A stretch of DNA of 29,825 bases from the IMG/VR virus record IMGVR_UViG_3300031867_000397, positions 1-29,825 of that record, one strand, 5' to 3'. Shown here piece after piece: positions 6,885 through 15,449 of this stretch. Source of the stretch: a virus. A program made the position numbers and the translations under genes. Every line of letters begins with the position of its first letter. Position 1 is the first letter of the stretch. The notes beneath the pieces are model-generated. The model saw only the letters and a list, made by a program, of their open reading frames with translations. It had not been told where the DNA came from and searched no databases.

Positions 6885-7108
6885 TTTCCTTTCTCCTCCT
6901 CTAGATAATATTCCTTATACGTTACCTTTTCTAAATAACGATTATATAAGGCTTTCCAACGTGTTTTAATATCATATCCATCTTTCTTAAGTTCCCAAAT
7001 GCGTGCGCCTAGCTGCGTTATGCCCAAATCCCTATAGGCTTCAAAGCTTGATATACTACCAAAATCTTCTATGTATTTTAAAACCCTTTCCTTTTGGCTT
7101 GGCTTCAT
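6881..7108 (-). CDS. Winged helix-turn-helix DNA-binding protein
   Basis: ERVLKYIEDFGSISSFEAYRDLGITQLGARIWELKKDGYDI is the typical phage wHTH pattern (xLgitrLaaRIxeLrkxGyxI). Confidence 0.7.
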   Translation of the reverse strand: MKPSQKERVLKYIEDFGSISSFEAYRDLGITQLGARIWELKKDGYDIKTRWKALYNRYLEKVTYKEYYLEEEKGK

Positions 7109-7128
7109 ACCTTTTTCACCTCACTTTT

Positions 7129-7542
7129 TTAAAATGCTAAATTATCATCTTCTACTCCCCAGTTATTGAAACTTGACTGATTGTTATTAAATGTTGGCTG
7201 TTGTGTAAAAGATTGTTGTGGTTGTGGTTGCCCTTCGTTAGCCTTTGCATTGGCTAGATATTCAATGTAGTTAGCAATTACGTATGTTCTTGATTGCGTG
7301 TTTCCTTGCTGATCTTTCCACACGTCCTTTTTTAACTTTCCACTAATACCAATCAAATCGCCTTTGTGTTTGTAGTTTGCGAGGTTTTCAGCGTTTTGCT
7401 TGAACGCTCTACAATCGATAAAATCAGTGTTTTCTTTGTTCTCGCTGATAGCAAGAGTAAAGTTAGTGATTGCGTTTCCGTTTGATGTTCTTCTAATATC
7501 TGGGTCTTTCACAAGGCGACCAACCAATGTTACAAAATTCAT
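7129..7542 (-). CDS. ssb: Single-stranded DNA-binding protein
   Basis: MNFVTLVGRLVKDPDIRRTSNGNAITNFTLAI OB-fold start, a Q/N/P-rich linker, and an acidic tail EDDNLAF. Confidence 0.95.
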   Translation of the reverse strand: MNFVTLVGRLVKDPDIRRTSNGNAITNFTLAISENKENTDFIDCRAFKQNAENLANYKHKGDLIGISGKLKKDVWKDQQGNTQSRTYVIANYIEYLANAKANEGQPQPQQSFTQQPTFNNNQSSFNNWGVEDDNLAF

Positions 7543-7634
7543 GTTCTTTCTTTCTCCTTCAATTTTTCAATTTCATCTATAGTTCTTACTATGTTTTCTA
7601 ATGTTTGTTGTGTCGGCTTTCTTCTTATAATCAT
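7539..7634 (-). CDS. Small basic protein (31 aa)
   Basis: Hand-translated: MIIRRKPTQQTLENIVRTIDEIEKLKEKERT. AAGGAGGAATA RBS. TAATG overlap with the upstream gene and ATGA overlap with ssb. Confidence 0.4.
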   Translation of the reverse strand: MIIRRKPTQQTLENIVRTIDEIEKLKEKERT

Positions 7635-7852
7635 TATTCCTCCTTAAATAAGTAGTCTAGCGTTAATAGTTCGGCTCTTTCAGGCTTTCTATCTCTCAAA
7701 TATGACTGAATTTCTAGCATTTCTTTCAAAGTCCATTCGCTTTCGTTCTTCATCTTTGAATATACGCTTTGTCTAGTCTTGTGAATGGCTTGTGCCAGCA
7801 TATAAGAATTTACGTCAGCCCTTGCCAGCTCGCTTTTTAAGTTGTCGAACAT
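7634..7852 (-). CDS. Cro-like HTH regulator, first gene of the early block
   Basis: NSYMLAQAIHKTRQSVYSKMKNES resembles an XRE-type helix-turn-helix. AAAGGAGG RBS. It sits directly behind the early promoter. Confidence 0.55.
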   Translation of the reverse strand: MFDNLKSELARADVNSYMLAQAIHKTRQSVYSKMKNESEWTLKEMLEIQSYLRDRKPERAELLTLDYLFKEE

Positions 7853-7924
7853 CTATAAACCTCCTTTCGTGAACGCATGAACACAACACTTTGTTATGTT
7901 TGTGCGTTTGTTTTTTACAATTTA

Positions 7925-7953
7925 ATAATATTCCTTTTTCTTCCAAAAGTCAA
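7925..7953 (-). promoter_or_regulatory. Early promoter flanked by two tttacaattta boxes (7914-7924, 7981-7991)
   Basis: Minus strand reads TTGACT (7953-7948), a 17-nt spacer, then TATTAT (7930-7925). An identical 11-mer lies on each side. Confidence 0.6.
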
Positions 7954-8118
7954 TTAAATTAGACATACTTATACATAAAATTTACAATTTATGTAATTTA
8001 TTTGTTTTAATCGGACTAACTATTTTAGAAATTCGTTTAGTTCATTGAGCCTGTTTAGGCAATGTTTAAGTGCTTTGGTTGCCGATTAAATTATTTATTA
8101 TATATAAAGCTATAACAT

Positions 8119-8146
8119 TTGATTTAATTAAAACTATGAGTATAAT
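8119..8146 (+). promoter_or_regulatory. Plus-strand sigma-70-like promoter
   Basis: TTGATT (8119-8124), a 16-nt spacer, then TATAAT (8141-8146). Confidence 0.6.
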
Positions 8147-8152
8147 AATTGT

Positions 8153-8250
8153 TGTAGGTTGAAGGTACAACCTACAGACTTTCATTCCTTGTGGCTGGTT
8201 TTCATACTTTTTCCTTTCGACACTTGAGGGCACTAAGCCCTCGCTTTTTT
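8153..8250 (+). ncRNA. Candidate small RNA of about 98 nt, the only plus-strand transcription unit
   Basis: Follows the promoter above. 5' hairpin tgtaggttg-aaggta-caacctaca (8153-8176). CU-rich middle. Intrinsic terminator gagggc-actaa-gccctc plus gctttttt (8226-8250). No ORF. Confidence 0.5.
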
Positions 8251-8285
8251 ATATATAAAGAAAAGGCTAGGCATTAAACCTAGTC
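8251..8285 (-). terminator. Intrinsic terminator ending the late block
   Basis: Minus strand reads GACTAGG-TTTAATG-CCTAGCC followed by TTTTCTTTATAT. It overlaps the stop codon of ORF 8280..8672. Confidence 0.6.
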
Positions 8286-8648
8286 TTTTTGTTTTTCCAA
8301 GTCGCTAATGTGTTTCCATAGCGAACCTTGATTATCTTCTACTGTCTTAATTCGTGTTTCTTGTTCTTCAATTCGCTTGAAGTAAGTATCATATCTAGTA
8401 GATAAAGACGTCAACTCGACCATCATTTTTTCATATTCCTTTTTGTTTTCTCTTGCGTTAAGCTGAAGCTCGTTGGATTGCGAGCAAAGTTGATCTAGTT
8501 TCATGTTGACCTTGACACGGTTTTCAGCCTCTTTATTTGTGTCCTCTCTTGCGCTTCTTCCACGAGTAGAAAAGAAGTTAAGGATAGTAATAACCGCTAA
8601 GCTGATTGTGATAATTGATTGTATTGTTACTGTTTCAGATAAATCCAT
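8280..8648 (-). CDS. N-terminally membrane-anchored coiled-coil protein (122 aa from MDLSETV)
   Basis: TM segment IQSIITISLAVITILNFF followed by a long heptad-like charged region. Last gene of the late block. Function unknown. Confidence 0.55.
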   Translation of the reverse strand: MDLSETVTIQSIITISLAVITILNFFSTRGRSAREDTNKEAENRVKVNMKLDQLCSQSNELQLNARENKKEYEKMMVELTSLSTRYDTYFKRIEEQETRIKTVEDNQGSLWKHISDLEKQKD

Positions 8649-8662
8649 TATATAAGTATCTC

Positions 8663-10309
8663 CTAGTTGCAAGTGAATTTGATTGAGTGAACTTGAATAG
8701 TTTCGGTAGTGTCATTAATACCATTATAAGCGCTAGTTTTACTCAAGATAAAAGTTACCATATTAGCGCCCGTCTTAATATCGTTAGTAATTGTGATAGC
8801 ACTATCAGAAAGAACATCATACCCGCCTGTGACATAGTCATTGGAAAGCGTATAGCCACCATTGCCATGTCTCACGTTCAACTTCATTTCTGTTAGCGTA
8901 ATACTGTTAATGTCTTCAAGGCTCTTTGCTAGTGGGATTGAAAAATACAGTTTTGTATTGCTTGAAGTCGTGTTGCCTGCACAATAAATATCACTTATTG
9001 CTACGATATCACCGCTAGAATAATAAAGCGATTTAAGAGTCCCATCTATTGACCATGCACTTTTAAAATTTCCATTTATGCCACTGTTTGAAAATGCTAT
9101 GCCTTGATTGTTTATCAAAATAACATTTTTTGCCGTTTCTACTGGTATGCTATCTAATATTAAAATCTTTGTGCCATCATACTGAACATAAGAGCTAGAA
9201 AATGAACCAGTAATATTTTGTGTTACTGTATCCGATATAATCGGTACGCTTTTATCGACTTCGTTTTTAGCTGATTGCGTAGCACTTGAAACAACCGAAC
9301 TTGCAAAGTTACTTAACGATTTCTTGAAATTTCCAAATTCTATTTCAGTGTACTTACCTAAAATGCAATCATACTCAAAAGCAATGATATTTGTCATTAA
9401 ATTCACTTTAAGCCTTTCGTCAATAACTTCAACAGTATCACCAATGTCAGTAACATTTTCAAGATTTGCTTTCATAGTGTAATTGACCTGTGGCATACAG
9501 TTATCTTCAAGATATCCTCTAGCCTGTTCTTTTAGATCGTCAATGAGTGCTTGCTTATATGAAGTTTCATTTTGATAATTATCTTGTTCAATGTCATTTT
9601 GCTCAAAAGATACTGTCTTTGTATAAGGTATATCCCACTGCTTATCACTAACCATGTAAATTGATTGGCTAGCGTCTAAGTCATTTAATAATATGCCATC
9701 TTTTCCAACTGGCAACAGCTTTGTCACGACATTATCCCAATTTTCCTCACAAGTTAGCTCTTTTAGGTTCTTGGCATATCGTACTGTAACACCATTATCA
9801 ACACCGATATTTTGCATTATCTTTATGTTGAAATTGTCACGTACCAAATGCCCTCCCCAGTGCTCTAAGACCGTCTGAATGGCTTCGTAAAGGCTTTTGC
9901 GTACACATCTGTATGAATCTACCGTTGATATGTTAGAAAGCGTTGTGAACTCGCTTGAAGGCTCTGTAGCCATGTTAAGATGGTCCAATGCATTGTTGCA
10001 GTTCATATCAACAACATAGCTATCAGCGATTAAATAATTCTCACTGTCATAAAATACGTGCCACGCTTTGACAGTTACTTTTTTTCTGGTCTTTTTAGGG
10101 TTTGTAATTCTAAAAGCCTGCTCGCCTTGTGGCGTATCAGCGACTACAATATTTCCCTCAATTAAATAATCAGCATAATCTAATGATGTTTCTAAGTCTA
10201 GGTAATAATCACCATTGTCTTGCTTATGAACTTTAGCTTTTAATGGATTAATGACTACATCACCATTTGACGTAAATATTTTATCATTAGGAGAAAATAC
10301 TCTAACCAT
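8663..10309 (-). CDS. Tail-associated (Tal-like) minor structural protein
   Basis: The N-terminus MVRVFSPNDKIFTSNGDVVINPLKAKVHKQDNGDYYLDLE...EQAFRI matches the phage minor structural protein N-terminal / prophage tail endopeptidase-type domain. Confidence 0.7.
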   Translation of the reverse strand: MVRVFSPNDKIFTSNGDVVINPLKAKVHKQDNGDYYLDLETSLDYADYLIEGNIVVADTPQGEQAFRITNPKKTRKKVTVKAWHVFYDSENYLIADSYVVDMNCNNALDHLNMATEPSSEFTTLSNISTVDSYRCVRKSLYEAIQTVLEHWGGHLVRDNFNIKIMQNIGVDNGVTVRYAKNLKELTCEENWDNVVTKLLPVGKDGILLNDLDASQSIYMVSDKQWDIPYTKTVSFEQNDIEQDNYQNETSYKQALIDDLKEQARGYLEDNCMPQVNYTMKANLENVTDIGDTVEVIDERLKVNLMTNIIAFEYDCILGKYTEIEFGNFKKSLSNFASSVVSSATQSAKNEVDKSVPIISDTVTQNITGSFSSSYVQYDGTKILILDSIPVETAKNVILINNQGIAFSNSGINGNFKSAWSIDGTLKSLYYSSGDIVAISDIYCAGNTTSSNTKLYFSIPLAKSLEDINSITLTEMKLNVRHGNGGYTLSNDYVTGGYDVLSDSAITITNDIKTGANMVTFILSKTSAYNGINDTTETIQVHSIKFTCN

Positions 10310-10385
10310 TTAGCTCCTCCTTTAATTTTCTAATGCCCTCTCATAACAAGTAATTAAATCTTGTTCGTCTGTTCTAACTAACTAA

Positions 10386-12119
10386 TCACATCGGTACACA
10401 ACCACCTTCTAGCCATATAGTTCCTTGATTTGGACAATATGCCACATAATTAAGTTGCATATCATAAGAATCTCCGTATGCAGACCATTTCACTCTTGTT
10501 ATTTTAGAATTTGTAAAATCATCGTCTTCTGAGTATGCACACAAAGTACTGACATTATTATTGTGTGGAGATACTCTACTAGACAATCTAAAAATGCTAC
10601 CGCTGTTGGTAACTTTGATACTTCCTTGAGTGTAGAATATACCATTCTTGATTTTAATTTTAGCATCGCTTGATACTATATTGTCTGCTCCAGACTCAAC
10701 AAAATCAGTCAAATTCAACCAACCGGAGTCATCTACAAATTCAGTGATAAAGTTCCCGCCATATCCATAATTTGCAAACAATCTATTATTAGAGTAATCA
10801 TAACAAATATCCTCTATTTCAAGATTTTTCAACGCTGTTTGTGTTCTTATATAATTTCCAAGTCTGTCAAAAATTAAGATACAGTCATAACCGTCAATAT
10901 ATCCGACCGAATGTAGCGGTACATAAAAGTAAGCTCCATCAAAACCAATACCTTGTTGTGTACTACCATACCCAGTATATTTTGAAAATACGTCATTATT
11001 AAATTCAAGTTCACCAATATATTGACCATTTTTATCAAACTCTCTTAATTTAATCACATTATCAGTTCTAAATCTGTTTGTCACATAAAAATGGTTATTC
11101 AGTTGGTCTATGGCCATCCCGTGTGGATATATAGGTTGTTCATCATTGTCAACCAAAGTATAAATTCTCTTAACCGATAATGTATCAGCGTCTATTACTA
11201 CAACTTTATTATTGTTGTCACTTCCACCATTTGCACAAATATATACTGTGTTATCATTTGAATTATAATCGCAGCTATTTGCGTGTTTTAACAAACTATA
11301 GCCAATAAGATTATCGGTATATTCTTTTGTAGCAATATTTATTTTGCGTACATATCCAGAACCATTTGTTACAAATAGATACTTACCATCTGTTGCAATT
11401 CCCTGAGGCCCGAAACTATCATCAGCCCCAGTCGAAATTGATATTATTTGTTTTTCATATTTTGGCATATCTCCAAGAAGAAAACCATGTTTAATTGAGG
11501 TTTTTTTATTAATTGCTGATAGTTCATTTTTAATCTTTTCTATTTCCGTGTCAAATTCATCATCAAATACTCTACATTTACAATAACCTGTATACATTCC
11601 TGCCACTTGCAACTTAATATTTGCCAAGTCTTTGTTAGGCGTGTAACTTATATCAAAAGTTTTATCACCTGTTATTTTATATGACGCGATATCACCATTG
11701 TTGTTTGCAATCCACAGATACGCATTACCAGATATAACAGAATCAAAATCCAATTTGAACCTATATGTTTTGCCGTAATATAAGTTTATGCTTTCAACTA
11801 ATTCAACTCTATTCCATGAGTTATTTAATATTGCACTTCCTTTAGCAATGTTAGAGTAGATAATACTGTCAATACCACCTAAATCTTCATTTATATCATT
11901 TACCTGTGTTCTTATCGCTGTTCCTAATGTATTATATGACGTACCATCATACCCCGTTCTAGCGTCAATGACTTCTGCACTAGATTCAGTTCCACTTGAT
12001 AAGATTAAATTATCAATTCTTTTTCCCAAGGCTTCCACCGCTGGCTTATAGGCGCTGTCACCTATATCACCCTTTTCGCCTTTTAACATCAAGACTCTTG
12101 CTTTGATATTGTCACTCAT
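10386..12119 (-). CDS. Receptor-binding / tail fibre protein with a predicted beta-propeller
   Basis: N-terminal GEKGDIGD and SSAEVIDARTGYDGTSYNTLGTAIR (fibre-anchor type motif). Repeated blades follow: GIATDGKYLFVTN, VYICANGG, PHGMAIDQLNNHFYVTN, GIGFDGAYFYVP. The ATG at 12119 has a GGGAGG RBS. Confidence 0.6.
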   Translation of the reverse strand: MSDNIKARVLMLKGEKGDIGDSAYKPAVEALGKRIDNLILSSGTESSAEVIDARTGYDGTSYNTLGTAIRTQVNDINEDLGGIDSIIYSNIAKGSAILNNSWNRVELVESINLYYGKTYRFKLDFDSVISGNAYLWIANNNGDIASYKITGDKTFDISYTPNKDLANIKLQVAGMYTGYCKCRVFDDEFDTEIEKIKNELSAINKKTSIKHGFLLGDMPKYEKQIISISTGADDSFGPQGIATDGKYLFVTNGSGYVRKINIATKEYTDNLIGYSLLKHANSCDYNSNDNTVYICANGGSDNNNKVVVIDADTLSVKRIYTLVDNDEQPIYPHGMAIDQLNNHFYVTNRFRTDNVIKLREFDKNGQYIGELEFNNDVFSKYTGYGSTQQGIGFDGAYFYVPLHSVGYIDGYDCILIFDRLGNYIRTQTALKNLEIEDICYDYSNNRLFANYGYGGNFITEFVDDSGWLNLTDFVESGADNIVSSDAKIKIKNGIFYTQGSIKVTNSGSIFRLSSRVSPHNNNVSTLCAYSEDDDFTNSKITRVKWSAYGDSYDMQLNYVAYCPNQGTIWLEGGCVPM

Positions 12120-12132
12120 TTCCAATACCTCC

Positions 12133-12486
12133 CTATTCAGTGATTTCTTTTTGAATATTTAAAATTCCGTTTAATATTGTGAAAATATCACTATTTATTC
12201 TAATCTCTAGATCATAATAATATCTTCCTGTTTCTAATTTCTTTGTGTCCTGTGGTGCGATTCTAACACGATAATATAGCTTGTTATCAATTTGATTAAC
12301 ATACTCGATTCCATTATTTAAGGACTTTTGAAATAGTAGTTCTTCATCAGAAATATTCTTGCATGAAAAATACGCATTGTTTAGTTGCTGCGGGCTTTCA
12401 TCAAATTCAATTTCTACACCAAAAGCTAGTGTATCGCCTTTTATCATTTCTAAATTTTGTCTCACATTGCCACCTCCTAAATCCAT
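12133..12486 (-). CDS. Small structural-module protein (start ambiguous: ATG 12486 or GTG 12465)
   Basis: ORF track. AGGAGGTG lies upstream of the GTG at 12465. Beta-rich sequence. Function not recognised. Confidence 0.5.
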   Translation of the reverse strand: MDLGGGNVRQNLEMIKGDTLAFGVEIEFDESPQQLNNAYFSCKNISDEELLFQKSLNNGIEYVNQIDNKLYYRVRIAPQDTKKLETGRYYYDLEIRINSDIFTILNGILNIQKEITE

Positions 12487-13919
12487 CTTGAGAAGTTTGA
12501 AATTTCAACATCAATAACATTCTTGCCTACCACTGCAATAACATTCTTTCCAACATTAAGTTTAATATTTTCATAGTTTCCCGATACATGCCTATTCATT
12601 AATGCTGATGTATCTTTGTTGTATGCTTCCATTTTTTCACTATCTATCGTTATTTGTGTTTCTTCTCCTAGATCAATTCCAAGTATCTGTGGACCATTTA
12701 CGTATAAAGCCATATTACCTGTTCCATGAATCGTAATTGTAGGTCGTGAAAAGTAATTGCCACTGTTTCTGACATAGATACCGTCAGTTGTTGAATACTC
12801 GGTTTTGAAAGTCGGTTGCGTGCCATTTACTGAACCTAGATAAAGCTCGTTTTGTCCAATTTCTAGCTCGATACTGTTTATTGCGTTCTTCTGTGCTTGT
12901 GTTAGATCTTGCGTAATTGCATTGTTTAATTCAAACAAGCAATACACATGATGATTTTTCAAGAATGATTTCAACTGATTAAGATTTGTAACAGTATCAT
13001 CATAGTTAATTGCTATTGCCGTGTCGCCAACAAATATAGTTCCTTTTGTACCACTACTGCCAAAATTAAAATGGTTTGAGTAAATTCTTCCATGTGGTTT
13101 TACATTAGATAATCCATCTACACTTGTTAGCATTAAATAAGCATATCCGTTAGTATCATCACTAGCCCAACTTTCATTACCCGTAAAAGTGTACTTGCCA
13201 ACTTTTCTTACGATTTTGCTACTGCTTGTAAGTTTATCTTGCATATCATTATGAATGCCATTATCGAAATATAGATTTCTTAGAGGTTCATCAATAGGAA
13301 TGCTATATTTCTTCTCTATTGTACTGTTGCCGTTTGATGTAACTGAATTGTATAAGTTGATTGTCCCATTTTCACCTAAGCTAACCAAATCAACCATTTT
13401 GCTTGTGGTTGGTACAGCATTAATAAGCTTTTGTGTACAGCCATATAAAACAAGGTTTGTTATTTTCTCGTTTTCCGTGCTATCAATTATATTTGTTGTA
13501 CCAGTGATAGAGCCACCATCTTTATACCATGTTTTAACCGTCTCTATGCTAGAATGCTTGAAAGGCTGAACATGGAATTTGACTTTTGCTGTCTTAAATC
13601 GAATTAGTTTTTCAAAGTCTATCTGATCTAGTATTTCATACCTATATAGCTTGTCTTCTTCGTTAGAAAATAGCACTGTTCCCTTGTCATTTTCAACAAA
13701 GTATTGTATTACCTCGTCAATGTCATAATTCCACGACAATCCTATTGAAATTTCTTTATCATAAGCGCTATATCCTAGTCTTGTGACAATGTCGCCATCT
13801 CGCCCATCAATTTCGGTTGTTTCGGTTCTTATCTTTGGCTTTGAAATAGGCGCTAAGGACTGCACTAACAGCCCTTGAACGTCTAGACTAGATACCCCAT
13901 TTAGTTCTATATAGTTCAT
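12477..13919 (-). CDS. Distal tail protein (Dit) with an internal insertion (evolved Dit)
   Basis: N-terminus MNYIELNGVSS...TEIDGRDGDIVTRLGYSAYDKEISIGL and C-terminus FSRPTITIHGTGNMALYVNG...ITIDSEKMEAY are siphovirus Dit-like. About 200 extra residues lie between them. Confidence 0.75.
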   Translation of the reverse strand: MNYIELNGVSSLDVQGLLVQSLAPISKPKIRTETTEIDGRDGDIVTRLGYSAYDKEISIGLSWNYDIDEVIQYFVENDKGTVLFSNEEDKLYRYEILDQIDFEKLIRFKTAKVKFHVQPFKHSSIETVKTWYKDGGSITGTTNIIDSTENEKITNLVLYGCTQKLINAVPTTSKMVDLVSLGENGTINLYNSVTSNGNSTIEKKYSIPIDEPLRNLYFDNGIHNDMQDKLTSSSKIVRKVGKYTFTGNESWASDDTNGYAYLMLTSVDGLSNVKPHGRIYSNHFNFGSSGTKGTIFVGDTAIAINYDDTVTNLNQLKSFLKNHHVYCLFELNNAITQDLTQAQKNAINSIELEIGQNELYLGSVNGTQPTFKTEYSTTDGIYVRNSGNYFSRPTITIHGTGNMALYVNGPQILGIDLGEETQITIDSEKMEAYNKDTSALMNRHVSGNYENIKLNVGKNVIAVVGKNVIDVEISNFSRWI

Positions 13920-13931
13920 TTCTAGCCTCCT

Positions 13932-15449
13932 TTACTGATAGATTGCCTTTGTTACAGTCCTGTCAACAAATTTTCCCATTTCTTCATCATCAAGTTCAAT
14001 TTTCATTTCGCTTAGTGCCTGCTTGAATGCTTCTATCAAATTTGTTGTATTGCTTGCATAATTTCCACCTGCTACAGTTCCATTTATATTGGTATCGACA
14101 TTTAAAGCGTCACTCATGCCACTTGCAAGCGCTTTTGTCTGATTGATTAAGTCAGGGCTTGCCTTTTTCAATGAATCGCTTAATCCATGTACCATGTCAG
14201 GCATCCATTCCTCATATTCAGCCAATGGTCCTTCGTCAGGTCTTGAGAAATGAAGGAATGACTTGATTTTATTGGCAACTCCTTTTACTGCGTCACCGAT
14301 TTTTCCAATCATGCCCTTGATGCCATCAATCAAGCCCTGTATCATGTCTTTGCCCCATTTAACCATCTTTCCAGGTATGCCTTTAACGCCGTCTATGATT
14401 TTAGTTGCAACTTTTCCAATTACACTTCCTAAGTTTCCAATCTTTGACCCAATGCCACTGATGAGCGAGCCTAAAAGCCTTCCGCCCATTGACAGCATTT
14501 TTGGCAAGTTTTGAGCTAGAACATTTACGATTGCCATGATCACTCGTGGTGTCCACGCTATAAGCTGTGGCAATGACTGTATCAAGCCTTTTATCAATGC
14601 TACAAGAATCTGAAAACCTGTTTTGATGATAAGTGGCAAGTTAGCAATTAATATGCCTTCGATTGTCCCTATAATCGTCGGTAGCATGGCTATTAATTGT
14701 GGCAATGCCTGCACAATACCATTAATCAGCGCAACGAGCAACTGCAAGCCTGCCTTTATGATCATTGGTAAGTTCTTGATTATTACGTCTGCCGTCTGCT
14801 GTACGATTGTCGGCAACATTGCTATTAGTTGTGGTAAAGCCTGCGTAATGCCCTGTATCAGTGAAGTTAGCATTTGCAAGCCTGCATTAATGAACTCTGG
14901 CAACAGTGTAATCATTGCCTGCACAACTTGCATAATCCCATCTGTTACGACTGGCATTAGCTGTGGCAATACCTGTAATACTGTCTGTACGAGTGAAGTC
15001 ACTGCTTCAATAAGAATAGGCAATGTTTGAGTCAGCAATGGAGGTATCATCTGCACTAGCTGTGGTACAACCTGCTGAATAAGTTGTGCTGATACCTGCG
15101 CCATGCCCTGAATAATTTGCTGAACTCTTGGTATCATGTTTTTAGCTACGGCAACAGCACTATCAACTAGGTTATTAATCAGTGTTCCAAAGTCTGCTGA
15201 ATCGTCTGACATGCCTGTAAGTAGGTTCTGCCATGCCGATTTTAGCATATTTGTTGACCCTTCAATGGTTCCCATGGCTTCCTTGGTTGTGGTTCCTGTT
15301 ATGCCTATTTTTTCCTGTGTCTTATGGATTGCTTCAATGACTTTATCAAAAGGTACGTCCTTAACAGTCTTAGCCGTAACCTTTACCGACTTGCCTAGAA
15401 CTCCACTGTCATTAATAAGCCTTGCCATTTCTCCCTGTGTGCCACCATA
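13932..15449 (-). CDS. Tape measure protein, exon 2
   Basis: Begins YGGTQGEMARLINDSG once spliced to exon 1. Has long hydrophobic ~44-aa periodic repeats (ALPQLIAMLPTI occurs twice). Confidence 0.85.
   Translation of the reverse strand, partial: YGGTQGEMARLINDSGVLGKSVKVTAKTVKDVPFDKVIEAIHKTQEKIGITGTTTKEAMGTIEGSTNMLKSAWQNLLTGMSDDSADFGTLINNLVDSAVAVAKNMIPRVQQIIQGMAQVSAQLIQQVVPQLVQMIPPLLTQTLPILIEAVTSLVQTVLQVLPQLMPVVTDGIMQVVQAMITLLPEFINAGLQMLTSLIQGITQALPQLIAMLPTIVQQTADVIIKNLPMIIKAGLQLLVALINGIVQALPQLIAMLPTIIGTIEGILIANLPLIIKTGFQILVALIKGLIQSLPQLIAWTPRVIMAIVNVLAQNLPKMLSMGGRLLGSLISGIGSKIGNLGSVIGKVATKIIDGVKGIPGKMVKWGKDMIQGLIDGIKGMIGKIGDAVKGVANKIKSFLHFSRPDEGPLAEYEEWMPDMVHGLSDSLKKASPDLINQTKALASGMSDALNVDTNINGTVAGGNYASNTTNLIEAFKQALSEMKIELDDEEMGKFVDRTVTKAIYQ

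Noticed and set aside
14456-14972. Periodic repeats of about 132 bp (44 aa) inside tape measure exon 2 (ALPQLIAMLPTI recurs).
   Set aside because: Tape measure proteins typically have an internally repetitive helical sequence. The DNA copies are diverged at synonymous positions. This is not an independent element.
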